Assembly: GCA_951406725.2 (NCBI GenBank)
Contig: OX597834.1
Location: forward strand, 29,450,001-29,514,000
DNA from: Octopus vulgaris
Taxonomy: Eukaryota
DNA length: 64,000 bases
Reading direction: 5' to 3'
The translations under genes were made by a program, and so were the position numbers. Of this stretch, positions 25,791 through 41,656 are shown piece by piece; within the stretch, counting starts at the first letter, position 1; each line of letters starts with the position of its first letter. Below the pieces are notes generated by a model. It saw only the letters and a program-made list of their open reading frames with translations. It searched no databases and was not told the origin of the DNA.

Positions 25791-26190
25791 TAGGTGCAGG
25801 CATTGCTACGAGCTAAGAAGTTTGCTTTCCAGCCACATGGTTTTGGGTTCCGTCCCACTGCGTGGCACCTTGGCAAGTGCCTGCTGCTATAGCCATAGGC
25901 TGATCAACGTCTTGTGTGTGGCTTTCATAAGATGGAAACTGAAAGAAGTCCACCAAGTATATGTATGTGTTCGTGTGTTTGTGTTTGTCCACCACCACCA
26001 CCACTTGACCCACTGGTGTTCGTTTGTTTTCATTCCTGTAACTTAGCAGTTCAACAAAAGAGACTGATAGAATAAGTACCAGGCTTAAAAACAAAAACAA
26101 CTTCTGGGGTCAATTCATTCAACTAAACTTTTTCAGGGCACTGCTCCAGCATGGCCGTAATCTAATGATTGAAACAAATAACAGACAAAA
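25791..26190 (+). mobile_element. SINE family A, diverged
   Basis: GGGTTCCGTCCCACTGCGTGGCACCTTGGCAAGTG...GCTCCAGCATGGCC...GAAACAA. Confidence 0.8.
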
Positions 26191-26381
26191 GCTATATTTG
26201 TTAGGAATATAGATTCAAAAATGTTAGATTGAGTTGTTTCCAAGTATTTCAGTGGTACATAAATAGATATGGGCTTCCTTTCAGTTTCCATTTACTAAAT
26301 TCCCTCTCAGGGCTAGAAGAAAACATTTGTCCAAACTGGCTTCTTAATTACATAGGCATGCCTGCCCCAAAAAAAGTCAAA

Positions 26382-26453
26382 GGCTACTCCAGGGACTTGA
26401 ACCCACATCTTTTGGGAACAGAACAGACATGCCAACCATTATACCAAAGCAAC
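26382..26453 (-). pseudogene. tRNA-like pseudogene or isolated tRNA-derived head
   Basis: 72 nt with tRNA spacing GTTGCTT-TG-GTAT-AATGGTTG-GCAT-G-...-GTGGG-TTCAAGT-CCCTG-GAGTAGC-C; acceptor stem pairs 7/7 with wobbles, anticodon and T stems only 3/5; T7 run just downstream. Confidence 0.5.
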
Positions 26454-27231
26454 ACTTCTACGAATCTGATTGACTTCTATATCGTTTTCTGTCTCATTTG
26501 CAATTCTCATCCACCAGGTTTCCATTGACCCAAGTCTATGGGGAATACGCTTGCTCAAAGTATCACATTGTGGGGCTAAACTGTTGATTGTGAGGTGCGC
26601 TTCTTAACCACTCTGTCTCCTCTGCACCTGCCATTAGTTCAGCAGATCAGGAAATGGTAGAAAAGACAGACAGTCTCTGCTCTGGGTTCTACTGGCTGAC
26701 ATAAAACATATTCTAGACGCCCTACATCACAGGTGAGTGATTAGCAGTAGAAATGAGCATCCAGCTGTGAAAACAATTGTTATAAACAAATCAGCCGTCA
26801 CATTCGTCCTAGTAAATTAAAAGAGTGAAGTACTGAATGACATATACAATACGCACACACATAGATATATAGATATATATATGCATGTGTATGTATCTAT
26901 CTATATATACATACATACATATGTGTGTGCAGGTGTATGTATGGTATGCATGCATGAATGTATGTATATGAATGAATTGAAATTTCCCTCTTAGTTGGAG
27001 AAAGAAAATGAAACTGATTGGAAATTGTTATTTTTTTCTTTGTTTCAGACACTGGGCTGTGGGCATTCTGGAGCCACTGCCTTGAAGCATTTTAAGCCAA
27101 ACAAATTGATTTTCAGTTCTTATTATTTTCTTTCAAGTCTTGTACTTACTCTATTAGTTTCTTTTGCCAAACTGCTAAGTTATCGGTCGTAAACCGCATT
27201 GTTGCAGCCTCACACAACAACCTCCTTTAAA

Positions 27232-27278
<47 letters not shown>

Positions 27279-27782
27279 TAATGACAAGAGAAGAAGCAAT
27301 TATGTATAATTTCCTGATCCCTTGTCTGTCATTTCTCTAATTTCGCATTACACTCTGTACTTGACGAATGCTTTATTCTGAAGCCTGTGCATATCGAGTT
27401 CTAACACCAGGTTATAAGTATCGTTGTGTATATTGTTATTATTTTGCTTTCCTTTCCTCAACTTATAAAATTCTTGCAGACATTGATTAGCAATAAAAAC
27501 AGCAGATTTTACATCTCTTCCGAGAGCCGATGGAATCTGACAGGAGATCCAAGAAAATATGAGTTACAATGATGCTTGAGTCGTAACTGTCATATCTTAT
27601 CGAAGAATCTGCCACGTCTTTGAGAGATGCCTGCAAACTGTGAGACATGGCACAACAAACTGGACAAAGACAATTGAACTATACATACATACGTGTATAT
27701 ATGTGTATATATCTTATATGCACACACACACACATGCATATGCATGTGTGTGTGTGTGTTTATAAGAATGTGTATATGTATG

Positions 27783-27869
<87 letters not shown>

Positions 27870-27933
27870 GTATACACACACACACACTCACACCCATATA
27901 TATATATATACATATGTATATATGTATATATAT

Positions 27934-27982
<49 letters not shown>

Positions 27983-28009
27983 TCACACCCACATATATAT
28001 ATATACATA

Positions 28010-28059
<50 letters not shown>

Positions 28060-28699
28060 TCACACCCACATATATATATACATATGTGTATACATGCATA
28101 TATATATATATATATATATATATGCATATATATGTATGTCTTACAGATGTACCTACATATACATACATTATTCACACCTACATTAGTTCTACTTGCATAT
28201 CTTTCTGGGTTTTTTTTTTTACATGTTTCTTTTTATTTGTTGTTTGTTTATTAGTTTTGTAAAGAACCAATAAAAGACCAAAAGAGATAAATAAAGAGAC
28301 AAATCAGTGGATAAATAAATATTAAATGGAATCAATTAGTCAGCAGAAAGTTCTGGAAAGAATTCAGAAATTATTTCACTTAAAATGTATAAAAATTTCC
28401 TCATTACACTGCTTCTATTAATAGAAAGGGTGACATCGATTGTTGTCTATCCCCAGGTCAACTTTCAGTAAGCTGACCTATGGTCAGAAGATTTTCCAGC
28501 CATGACCAAACACACACACATGCATGTGCGCACACACAACAGACACCTGTATGTACGCATGTGAGTGAGTGAGTGTGTGTGTGTGTGTGTGTGTTGTCCA
28601 ATAATAAAGGAGTGGAAATTGAGCCAGTGTGTGTGTGTTAACAATATTGGCATAATGACTCTCCAAAGACACAACAAAATTTGTTTCAACACATGAATT

Positions 28700-29075
28700 C
28701 ACTGATAAGAGGTTTGCTTCCCAACCGTATGGTTTGGGGTTCAGCTCCACTGCAGGGTCCCTTTGGCCAACTGTAGCCTTGTGAGTAGATTTGGTAGAGG
28801 GAAACTGAGAGAAGCCAGTTATGAGTGTGTGCGTGTGTGTGACATTGCATGATAGTTGTAAACAAGTGTCACCATGATGCAAGGACACTTGTCCTTCATT
28901 TCCAAATATCTGCAAAAACATGTTTGGCCATGGGGAAATTCTTTCCTTATTTGGAAACAGATGAGGGTTGGCAACAGGAAGGGTATCCAGCTGTAGAGAA
29001 AATCTGCCTCAACAAAATTCTGTCCAAGCCATGCAAGCAGGGAAAAGTGAACGTTAAAAATGGCAATGATGGTGG
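28700..29075 (+). mobile_element. SINE with family A head and family E/RTE-like tail
   Basis: TTTGCTTCCCAACC...GGGTTCAGCTCCACTG head; GGCAACAGGAAGGGTATCCAGCTGTAG...CCATGCAAGCAGGGAAAAGTGAACGTTAAA tail. Confidence 0.75.
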
Positions 29076-29739
29076 TGCGGTTTGAGGGAGACTTGACAGC
29101 TGTTTCTGGTAGGTTTGGTGACCATATAGAGACTCTGTTGTTTAGTTCATTAGCTGTAGTTTCTGTAGTTTAACTTTGGTGGTGGTATAAATGGTAAAGT
29201 TAAGTTCAATGGTATTTTTAACTCAGAAATGAGGTTCTGAACTAAAATCTTAACATGAAGGAAAGAGAGAGGGAGAGAGAGAGAGAGAGAGAGAGATCAA
29301 CATGGATTTGCGGTGTATGCACATGTGTGTATGCATGTGTGCATGTATGTGTATATGTATATATGATGTGTGGTGAGTGTGTGTTTGTATGCTTGTGAGT
29401 GTGTTTGTGTATGATTGTCTGTGTGCATGAGTGTGTGTGTGTGTGTGCGTGTTCTTTATCATTTTCACCATCTTTTTGTCGATTTGAATTACCGTTTACG
29501 TACACCTAATATTTTGGATCTGTTTGTAAAAATGTATGAATATGTGACACACATACACTGAAGAACACACTACAGACTGGTTGACAGAATAGTTGAGAGG
29601 CAGAATGATAGACAAACATAGAGAGAGAGAGACAGAGAGACAGACAGATAGATACGGGAGTGTACATATATATACATATATGTATGTATGTATGTAGGTA
29701 TGTATATCTATATCTATCTATCTATCTATATATATATAT

Positions 29740-29907
<168 letters not shown>

Positions 29908-30374
29908 TCAGGTAGACAGATGAATGGATAGAGAACTCACTATGGTACTTAGAGCAGCCCAAATGGGAAACATTTTTCACAATGGAATAATTATACCATT
30001 CTCTCACTTCCTCTTCTCTTCTCTCTCTCTTTCTCTCTCACTCTCTCTTTCTTACTCTTTCTTACTCTTTCATAACCTCTTTCTTCCTCTCTTCTTCGTT
30101 TTTCTTCTTCTTTTGTCTATCTTACAGTAGTTCCAGCAATGTAACACAGAGACCAATAGCCAAAGATTTCTATACCAGCTAATGACTGTTATAGTCACCT
30201 TTTATCTCTGGCTCTTGTTTGAATCAGTGGACTTGACTATATCATCTTTGGGGAGTTGTGGAAGGAAAACGGTTACACAAAAGACAACCACAATACCGGT
30301 GACTGTGAAGAGAGAAAAATATACCAAGATTTTCAAGCAAAGCAAAGATTAATTTATTGTGGTGATGTGGTGTC

Positions 30375-30425
<51 letters not shown>

Positions 30426-30469
30426 CATTATCATCATTATTATTATTATCATCAACATCATCATCATCA

Positions 30470-30509
<40 letters not shown>

Positions 30510-30575
30510 TTGCATTTAGTTCTGGGGGAAAACAAAACAAAAAATAGAGAATATAATAATAATAATAATAATAAC

Positions 30576-30622
<47 letters not shown>

Positions 30623-30833
30623 GTAGAAGAAGGAGAAGAAGAAGGAGAAGAAGAAGAAGAAGAAGAAGAAGAAGAAGAAGAAGAAGAAGAAGAAGAAGAA
30701 AAACGATGATGGCAGCGACAACAACAACAAGACTGAAGGAAACTGAAGAAGAAATAAATAAATAAACAAATAAATAAACAATATGGTTGACTAGAATTCT
30801 TTCTTCAGTCTTTCAAAGGGAAGCTTTCTGTCT

Positions 30834-30882
<49 letters not shown>

Positions 30883-31479
30883 GAGAGGGAGAAGGAGAGA
30901 GGTTATAATATATAACAAACAATAACAGCAAAAACAACAACCGCAATCACATAACAATAACAACAACAATACATACAATGACCAAGACGATGTTGAAAAA
31001 TAACTGTTGATGATGATGATGATGATGATGATGATGACGACGATAGTAATGAAGCAACACCATCAGCATTATCGCCGACACTACAACCACGACCATCCCT
31101 ACTGTCACAACAAACACAAACACTGCAACCACCACAACCACGCACCATCATCACCATCATCATCATCATCATCATCATCAAAACTAGCATCACCAACACA
31201 GCATCCACAATCATCATCATCATCATTGTCATCATCATTGTCATCATCATTGGTATCATTTTCATCCTCATCCTTATTTTCACTACCACTGCCACCACCA
31301 TCATCATAATTAACATCATCATCGTCGTCATCATCATCACCACCACCACCACCGTTGTCGTCATCATCATCATCATCATCATTGTCATCATCATCACCAC
31401 CACCACCACCAGCTTGTTGTCATCATCATCATCATTATCATTGTCATCATCATCACCACCACCACCACCACCGTTGTTG

Positions 31480-31513
<34 letters not shown>

Positions 31514-32552
31514 TGGTATCATTTTCATCCTCATCCTTATTTTCACTACCACTGCCACGACCATCATCATCATAATTAGCATCATCATCATCGTCGTCAT
31601 CACCACCACCACCACCACCACCGTTGCCATCATCATCATCATCATCATCATCATTGTCGGCAGGTTTGATAACAACAAAAAACAACAAAAACAAGGACAA
31701 AGATCAGAAAGAAAGAGTTTATTATCCATGGGTTTTTTTTTCTGTTTTTCTTTTATGTGTCTTCATTGAAGACGTTTCTGAAAGACTAAAACTCATTCCT
31801 TCTTTTAAAAGGAAGGAACAGATGACCCACGATGTTCACCACCACCGACACTACAACCACGACCATCCCTACTGTCACAACAAACACAAACACTGCAACC
31901 ACCACAACCATGCACCATCATCATCATCATCATCATCATCAAAACTACCATCACCAACACAGCATCCACAACCACTGCCACCACTACCACCACCAATACC
32001 AATACCACCACCAACACCACCACCACCACCACCACCTTCTTCAATGTAACCTAGTAAAGCAGTTCAACGTTCATTCTAAGATTCTACAGACAAGAATCCA
32101 ACAATTGAAAGTAAAACCTAATCAATTTGAAAGAGGAAGACAGATTGAGAGAGAGAGAGAGAGAGAGGGAGATAGAGGGGGAGAGAGAGAGGGAGAGAGA
32201 GAGAAGGGGGAGAGGGAGAGACAGACAGACAGATTGTCAGCAGAGTAGAATAAAGAGAGAGAGATACAGAGAGAGAGAGACAATGAAGGAGAAAGAAAGA
32301 GGGGGAAAAGGAACAAAGAGGAGGAAGAGAGAGAGAGAGAGAGAGAGAAAGGGACAATGATTCTGAGAGAGAAAGAAACAAAAGGGCTAGAGAGAAAAAT
32401 CAAAATAACATGGAAACCCTAAACTTCCACTGCACCACACCCCATTCCACCCACCCACATCAAATATAAAATTAAACCCTTGAAACCTGCGACTTTCTCC
32501 TTGTCTGGACAACAATAATAGTATGAGAAATAATAACAAATAATAATAATAT

Positions 32553-33710
<1,158 letters not shown>

Positions 33711-34014
33711 AAAATCAGGACCAATGATGATGACGGTGATGATGATGATGGGAGGAGGAGGAGGAGGATGCTATTGAGTTCAAGAAGTGTGGTCATTGGT
33801 GATTCTTAAACGAAAGGAGCATAAACTGAAGATATAAAGACGGGAAAGAGAGTTCAAATTCCGTTTAAGGGATTAACTCTTCTGGATTTGAGATTATTTT
33901 TATGTGTGTTCTTTAGTTCTTTATTTGTTTTTATTTCATTGTGATGTGCAAGACCAGGCTGGAGCATTATATATTTGCATAAAGTAAAATTAGTTCTCTG
34001 TTGATTGATTATAT

Positions 34015-34224
34015 ATTTCTTTATTGCCTACAAGGGGCTAAACATAGAGGGGACAAACAAGAACAGACAAAGGGATTAAGCCGATTATATCGACCCCAGT
34101 GCGAAACTGGTACTTTATTTATCGACCCCGAAAGGATGAAAGGCAAAGTCGACTTCGGCAGAATATGAACTCAGAACGTAATGACAGACGAAATACCGCT
34201 AAGCATTTCGCCCGGCACGCTAAC
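34015..34224 (-). mobile_element. SINE family B
   Basis: Reverse complement of family B. Confidence 0.85.
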
Positions 34225-34344
34225 ATAGCTTGTTGAATTTAGTGTATGGAAGTGGCTGAGTAGACCACAGACACTTGTACCCTAACATAATCCTCAGACA
34301 GAATCAACATGAAGTAGCATATAACAAGGCTGTATCTGTTTTAT

Positions 34345-34790
34345 TTATCATTTGCTTGTTTCAGGCATTGGACTGTGGCCATGCTGGGGCACCACGATGA
34401 AGAGTTCAGATGAACAAATTGACCCCAGTGCATATTTTAAAGTCTGGTACTTATTCCATCGATCTCTTTTGCTGAGCGGATTGGTTATAGGTACATAAAC
34501 AAACCAAGACCGGTTGTCAAATGGTGGTGGTGGTGCTGTTCCATAGAACATGATTAATGCTTTATTTTACTGAACCCTCATTTGTCATTCATGATGAGAG
34601 GATCTATCATATGTGTGTATGTGTGTGCATGATGGGCTTCTTTCAGTTTCCATCTACTAAATTTACTCACAAGGCTTTGGTCATCTTAGGGCTATAATAG
34701 AGGGTAATTGCTTGAGGTGCCACACAGTGGTATTGAACCTGCGGACAAATGCTTGAGAAGCAGACTTCTTACCTCACAGCCAAGCCTGCA
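34345..34790 (-). mobile_element. SINE family A, diverged
   Basis: GACTGTGGCCATGCTGGGGCACC...TTTCAGTTTCCATCTAC...CTTACCTCACAGCCA. Confidence 0.8.
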
Positions 34791-35065
34791 CTATTGGGAC
34801 CAAAATCCTGACCCAAGGATTGCATAATAAGCTTCTCAACCACTTAGCCATGCTTGGCTTGTCTTCAGTATTCAACCACTAACTACATACCGACATCACT
34901 GTTAAAAGGTACAAGATGTGAATCATGAAACCAGCTGACCAACCAATAAGGAAATATTTATGTTGCCACATGACATGGTAGAAATAATGACCAAATCTCT
35001 TTTAAATCACACCCTACTGTGGTAAATAAAGAAGGATACACTGAACAACAATGAACTGCTTGATG

Positions 35066-35135
<70 letters not shown>

Positions 35136-35364
35136 CAGACAGAGAAGAAAAAGGAATACAGGATGATCACAGCCAGAACACCTTTGATCATAGATCAGTT
35201 AAGCCAAGGATTGTCCTGGGGCTAAACAATAACAAACAACCAAACAAGAACTCAAAGAAACACAATAAGCAACAAAAGATGATGTGTATGTATTTGTGTT
35301 TGTGTGTGTAAACATACGAATATGCATATACCTATAATACACACACACATATTTTATATATATA

Positions 35365-35410
<46 letters not shown>

Positions 35411-36944
35411 TTCCTTACCAAACAATAAAGACTTATTTAAATGGATTGGAAAAAAATTTGGAAAAAAAGCGAGAAGTAAAAAAAGAAACAAAAAAGAAAT
35501 TTAAAAATGGAAAGAACATAGCGCCATGGTGATGATGATGATGATGATGGTGGTGATGATGGTGATGATGAAATCCTGCCAGTAATTCTTCAAGTCAAAG
35601 AGTGGAAGGTGCAACACACAATAAGTTTCGTGTAACTGCCAAAGCTACCATAATCAACCGGAATCGACCGGAATCAAGCGGAAGGCAATGTTTAATATTG
35701 CAATGATTATTTCAAAGACTGCCACCACCACCACCACCACCACCACCATCCACACCCCACCACCACCACCATCACCACCGACAGCAACAACTAACCAACA
35801 CTGCTATCAACTACTCCCGCCACCCCGCCTTCTTCACTATTATCTCTACCTACTACCGCCTCCACCCACGCAAAAACGCTACCACCACCGTTACCAAGCA
35901 CTTCATCACCAAAACTACAACCACTGTTATTACCACTGTCACCACAACTCAACTCCTACCACTACCCCCTCATTACCACCCACCACCACCACCACCACCA
36001 CCACCACCACCCACCACCACTCCATCTGCCACCACCAAAGAAACAAACAATCAAAACATAAATTTCTGCTTTTTTCTTTATTTTTTTATTGTCTATTTTT
36101 TTCATGAGTTTGATTTTTTTTATTTAATGTTTTTGATGCTTTTTTTCTTGAGTTATTTTCTTAGTTTTATATCATAACCTTCACCTGCACCACCACTACC
36201 ACTAATCCTAACACTGTCAGTACATCAACCACCACTACCACCACCACCACCACCATTAGAAACCTCAGTACCACTACTAAACACTGCCGCCAATACAACA
36301 ACTAGTCCCACTACCATCACTACAAGCACTGCCCCTACACCTTGTACTACCTACAACCAGTACCAATACCATCATTAGTACTACCATCACCACTACCACC
36401 AGTACCATACCCATACAGTAATTTCTTCTAGTGTCATCAGTACCACCCCTACCTGTAATCACTGCTCTCTTCCAGAAGGATGCTGAAATCGCTGCTGCTG
36501 CTGTTGCTTGGAGCACCATACCATTCTGTTAAGCTATTCCAGTGTTGCGTCATCTTAAAATGTTCTTGTAGTTTAGCCCCAGGTGGTCAGCCTTGGTCCA
36601 ACAGACAGGTGCTCCATTTCAACCATGATCACACCTGTTCAAGCCTTGGATTAATCTTGGATTACATTATCCAATAAATGTGACCTTCAGTTTTTCAAAC
36701 AGTGCAATGCGATTTGAACGAAGTTTGGTTGCTATTTCCAGCAGGTCAAATGACAGCATAAATGCTCAGTCAGTCATTGTTGAGTCAACCGAGGATCAAA
36801 GTACAATGTTGATTGACCTTCAGGAAATACAGCAGTCACATCCCCATCAATCCACTCTCAATTGCATCTTTAAAAGAAGGCCACATTACATAATTTAAAG
36901 GCAAAACGTTTGAAGAAGAAATTCAGCCCAAAAGACAGGATTCT

Positions 36945-37310
36945 GCAGACATGGATGAGCGGTTAAGAAGCTTGCTTTGCAACCAAATGGTTCCGGGTTC
37001 AGTTCCACAGTGTGGCACCATGGGCAAGTGTCTTCTACTATAGCCCCAGGCTAACCAATGCCATGTAAATGAATCTGGTAGATGGAAACTGTGGGGAAGC
37101 TCATCATGTGTGTTGAGTCTTTGTGTTTCTCCTGCCCATTACTTGACAACTGGTGTTGGTTTGTTTATGTCCCTTTGAAAGATACTGATGAAAGGAGCAC
37201 CAAACTAAAAGATACATAAAAATAAGTTCTGGGATTGATTTGTTCAACTTAACACCTCGAGGCTGTGCCCCAGCATGGCCACAGTCCAATGACTGAAGCA
37301 AGTAAAAGGT
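36945..37310 (+). mobile_element. SINE family A, diverged
   Basis: GGTTCCGGGTTCAGTTCCACAGTGTGGCACCATGGGCAAGTGTCTTC...CAGCATGGCCACAGTCCAATGACTGAA. Confidence 0.8.
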
Positions 37311-38625
37311 AAAATCTAAATGATAGCTTGCCGATCACAAGACTGATTAGAACCAGGCCAAGGAATAAGCACCACCACCACCACTTTCACTACCCTCATC
37401 ACAACAACACTGCTAACACCACCAACAACAGAGGCTGAGCATATCTATATGGTTGTTGAACCTGCTAGAAATAGCAGCCAAATCTCCTGTGGAAAACAAA
37501 AACCACTGTCTTATATATGAAAAGATACAGTTGAAAATCTAAGGCTGGATGGTCATGTATAGAATACCTTTGATCATAGTTCTGCTGGGTCACAGCTGAC
37601 CAAGATCTAGTCATCACCACTGTTACCACAACCTTGGCTACAGCAACACACATCACCACTATATCATCACCCACATCACCATCACCATCACCATATCATT
37701 ACCAGCATTACATCAGGAGTCAACAAAGGAGCCTCTATGTGGTCACTGAGCCTGCTAGAAATAGCAGCCAAATTTCTCTCAAACTACGTTTAAAAGAAAA
37801 AAGAACATTGCAGGTAATGTGGTCCTGGGTTATCTACACATAGGAAAATAATGTGTTGGCCATAGCTGGAGTGTCTTTTGATTTAGGTCTGCTCAACTGA
37901 GATCATGATTGATTTATGACTAAACAATAACATACCACAACCTCACTACCAGCACCACTGCCACCAACACCACACTGCAACAGTACCACATCCACCACCA
38001 TCACCACCACCACTACCACTACAACACCAACAAACCATAGCCTATACAACATCCACCACCACCACCACCATCACCAACCACATCATACCACCACTATACT
38101 ATAACTATTACCACCACTACTACCACCATTGCCATCACCACCACCAACAATGTCATACCACCACAGTGCCATAAACACCATCACCATCACCACAGCCTCC
38201 ACCCTCACCATGAGTAATAATAATGCCATATTCCCTTCCCACCACCACCACCACTGTTACTATTACCCAATCACTGCCCCCCTCCCACGACCACCACCAC
38301 TCTTCTCTCTCTATTCACTACAAAAAGTAAAGACAATTAACAAAAGCTATCATAAATCAATTAGCAAACCTTAACGAAGGAGAGAAAAAGAGAAAAAAAA
38401 ACCAATAGACATCCAGAAATTTTCAAAGTGAGAGGAGGGAGGGCAGAGAGAGAGAGAGAAGAGAGAGAAAAAGAAAGGGAGAGAGAGGGACAGAGAGAGA
38501 GAGAGAGGGAGAGAAATGGGGAGAGGGGGAGAGAGAGAAGGAGAGAGAGATAAGAAGATTAGGAGCAGAAAAGAAGAAAACAAGGTATACCAAATATACA
38601 AATGGTATTGATGGTGGTTTCAGTG

Positions 38626-38694
<69 letters not shown>

Positions 38695-39287
38695 TTGGTG
38701 TTGGAGAATTAAGGAGTTGTAAGGAAAGACAGGAAGAAGTAATGGATTGAGGGGAAGCAAAAAGAAATCCTCAACCCCCTATCTTCCCCAGCCCCCTAAC
38801 TTTGACCCTTCCCCACCGCCTTCTTTTTCGTTCTACAAGAAAATAAAAAAGAAAGTAGCGAAAATCAAATTTGAAAAACAAAAATCAAACAAAAAAAAAG
38901 GGGGAAATAATTTTTTTCTTTTTTCTATTTTTTTTTTTTTTTAGGGAAATCAAAATTTATTTGTATTCTTTAAGAATTGCGTGTCAGCATTGTAGCTTTC
39001 ATTGTAGTTGTCATAGCCAACGTCAAGCTTCCTCTCATCATCATCATCATCGTCATCATCATCATCATCACCATCATCATTTGTTTCACTGTCACCATCC
39101 ACATTAGCAACACAGTCATGGTCGTCATCGACATCGTCTTCGTCATCACTGTCAGCAACATCACCATGCTTTCAACTATCATGAGCATCGTCATCACCAT
39201 CATCATCGTCATCTGTATCACTGTCATCATCTGCATTGCCATCAGTTATTATCGTTGTCATCGTCATCTTCATCATCATCATCACCG

Positions 39288-39320
<33 letters not shown>

Positions 39321-39509
39321 CTACCATCATCATCATCACCACCATCATCATCATCATCAGCATCATTGCCACCAATAAACATCACCATCATCATCCCCAT
39401 CATCGTTGCTAATAAACCACCATCATCATCACCTATTTCATTGTCATCATTTACATTTGCATCACACTAATCATCATCATTGTCATCATCATCATCATCA
39501 TCAACGTCA

Positions 39510-40000
39510 TCATGGCTTCTTCTGTTCCTTTTTTCCTTTTATCTCTTGATGTAAAACCCATCCCACCAAATGTTCTGCCGTTCCTGCAGTAAAAGAAAGA
39601 ACTAAATTTCTAGTAACAGGAGAAAACCTCTGGTCCTTCATGACAATCAACCAGCTCGACTGCCTCACGGAACTTCCCACTCCAGAACTATGGCATTGCA
39701 AGCTGGAGAGCATCTTTACTCACATGGAAATGCTCTCAGCTTCTCCAAGATGCTGTGACAAAAACGAAACCATTCTGCACTCGCTCATTCAGTGACCAAG
39801 CATTAATCATTTGACTTTTAACTTTTATTTGTTTCATTTATTGAAGTGTGGCCATGCTGGGGCACTTGCCTAATACTCATTTTTAAGTTTGCTACAGTCT
39901 TTTGGGCTAAACTACCAAGTCACAAGGATGTAAACAAACCAACACTAATTGTCAGATGGCGGTGGCGGTGGTGGTGATGAAACGCTGACACAAAGACACA

Positions 40001-40041
<41 letters not shown>

Positions 40042-40380
40042 ACACATACATGATGAACTTTCACACAGTTTCCATAGTAGAAGAAGCCCAAGGAGCTGTG
40101 GAGCTGTGCAATGGGATTGAACCCTGGAGTTTTATCAAATACATCCAGCACATCAAATATGCTGGATGCTTTTGACTGTTGGCTGGGTCCATCAGAGTGA
40201 TTGCCCAGCATCCCCATGCCCTCACTTCCTTTATATAAGGTAAAGCAGGCAGTTTTCCTCTGTTTCGTGATCCGTGGCATAAGAGAATTTTTGGAGGACA
40301 AGATTGAAAATGTTGAAAATAAACACTTTGTCTTCTACGAAGCTATCATCAAGTTTTCCCATTCAGCTTGAAGAAAGGGC
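39510..40380 (+). mobile_element. Decayed Tx1/L1-type LINE ORF2 C-terminal region, interrupted by an antisense family A remnant (about 39820-40140)
   Basis: PRCCDKNETILHSLIQ*PSI resembles the CxxC...ETxxHxLxxCP zinc knuckle; downstream AVFLC...FWRTRLK. Confidence 0.45.
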
Positions 40381-40383
40381 AGG

Positions 40384-40431
<48 letters not shown>

Positions 40432-40481
40432 CAAGGAGGAGGAAGAGGAGCCATATTTCACAAAGAAAAAAATCATGAATA

Positions 40482-40885
40482 TCTTTATATATAAAAGTGA
40501 AGTTGTGTGAGTGTCTGTCTCCTACGATTTAGATTCTTAACTACTCCCACATTTTGCGGTGCAGTTTAATCAAAACCGGGTATCTTATTGTCGTGATTCA
40601 TATCAAGCCCTTCTGGGTATTAGCGCATGTCTACAATGAGTCTACGATTTAAAAAAAAATTTACCATCATTTTTTTCCATTTTAATGCATTTTCTTTCGC
40701 TATTATATAAGTGAAGTAACTCTCTAAAAATGTCTACGATGAGTCAACGATTTAAAAAAAAATTTACCATCATTTTTTTTTCCATTTTTAATGCATTTTT
40801 TGCTACTTTTTGGCTATAACTCTCTAAAAATGCTTATATAGTTATTTCCCTTACAAACCCGAGCAACGCCGGGCGATACTGCTAG
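40482..40885 (+). mobile_element. Non-autonomous Helitron
   Basis: A^TC start (TCTTTATATATAAAA); 3' hairpin CCCGAGCAACGCCGGG (40858-40873) 8 nt before CTAG^T; no TSD; internal tandem duplication of about 103 bp (40628-40830). Confidence 0.85.
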
Positions 40886-41100
40886 TTTTAACATAAATAA
40901 AGACAATTTATCAAACTTTGTTAATTTACTTGTTTTTATTTCATTTATTTATTCTGCATTTCTTTGGCAACATTTTTTTATTTTATCTGGAAGGGGGTGA
41001 GGGTTTTGTTATTTTTAGTTTGAAATTTATAATGGCTGGTATCAAATGTAAAGAAACAAAGCTAAGCTTATTGTCACATTCTAGGGACTCAGACGAATTT

Positions 41101-41209
<109 letters not shown>

Positions 41210-41607
41210 TACATACACACCTGTGTCCTAAGATATATATGTATGTATGTGTGTATGTGTGTATATATATGTATGTATGTATATATATATATGTACACAT
41301 ATACACATACATACGTACATATGTTGTGTGCCTAAGAAAACTGTCTTCATGTTTGTTAAAGCTAATGAAGCATGATTTAGCATTAACCTTAATGACATTG
41401 CAATGAATTGAACCCCAGTCTGCAGGTACGTATTAATCATTCTAGACGAACGAGACTGTTTACAAATCAACAGGTGGTACGATTGTGCTCAGGTTATAAA
41501 TACATCTGTCGGAACCTTAAATTATCTCATGTCCTTCATTACAGACAATAAAAGTTTTACACATACACATGTATGTACATGCTCGTATGCATACACATGT
41601 TTATTCC

Positions 41608-41650
<43 letters not shown>

Positions 41651-41656
<6 letters not shown>

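Noticed and set aside
27356-27391. TGTAC-TTGACGA...GAAG-CCT-GTGCA hammerhead-like string
   Set aside because: Both core boxes deviate and there is no stem III or NUH site; not distinguishable from chance.
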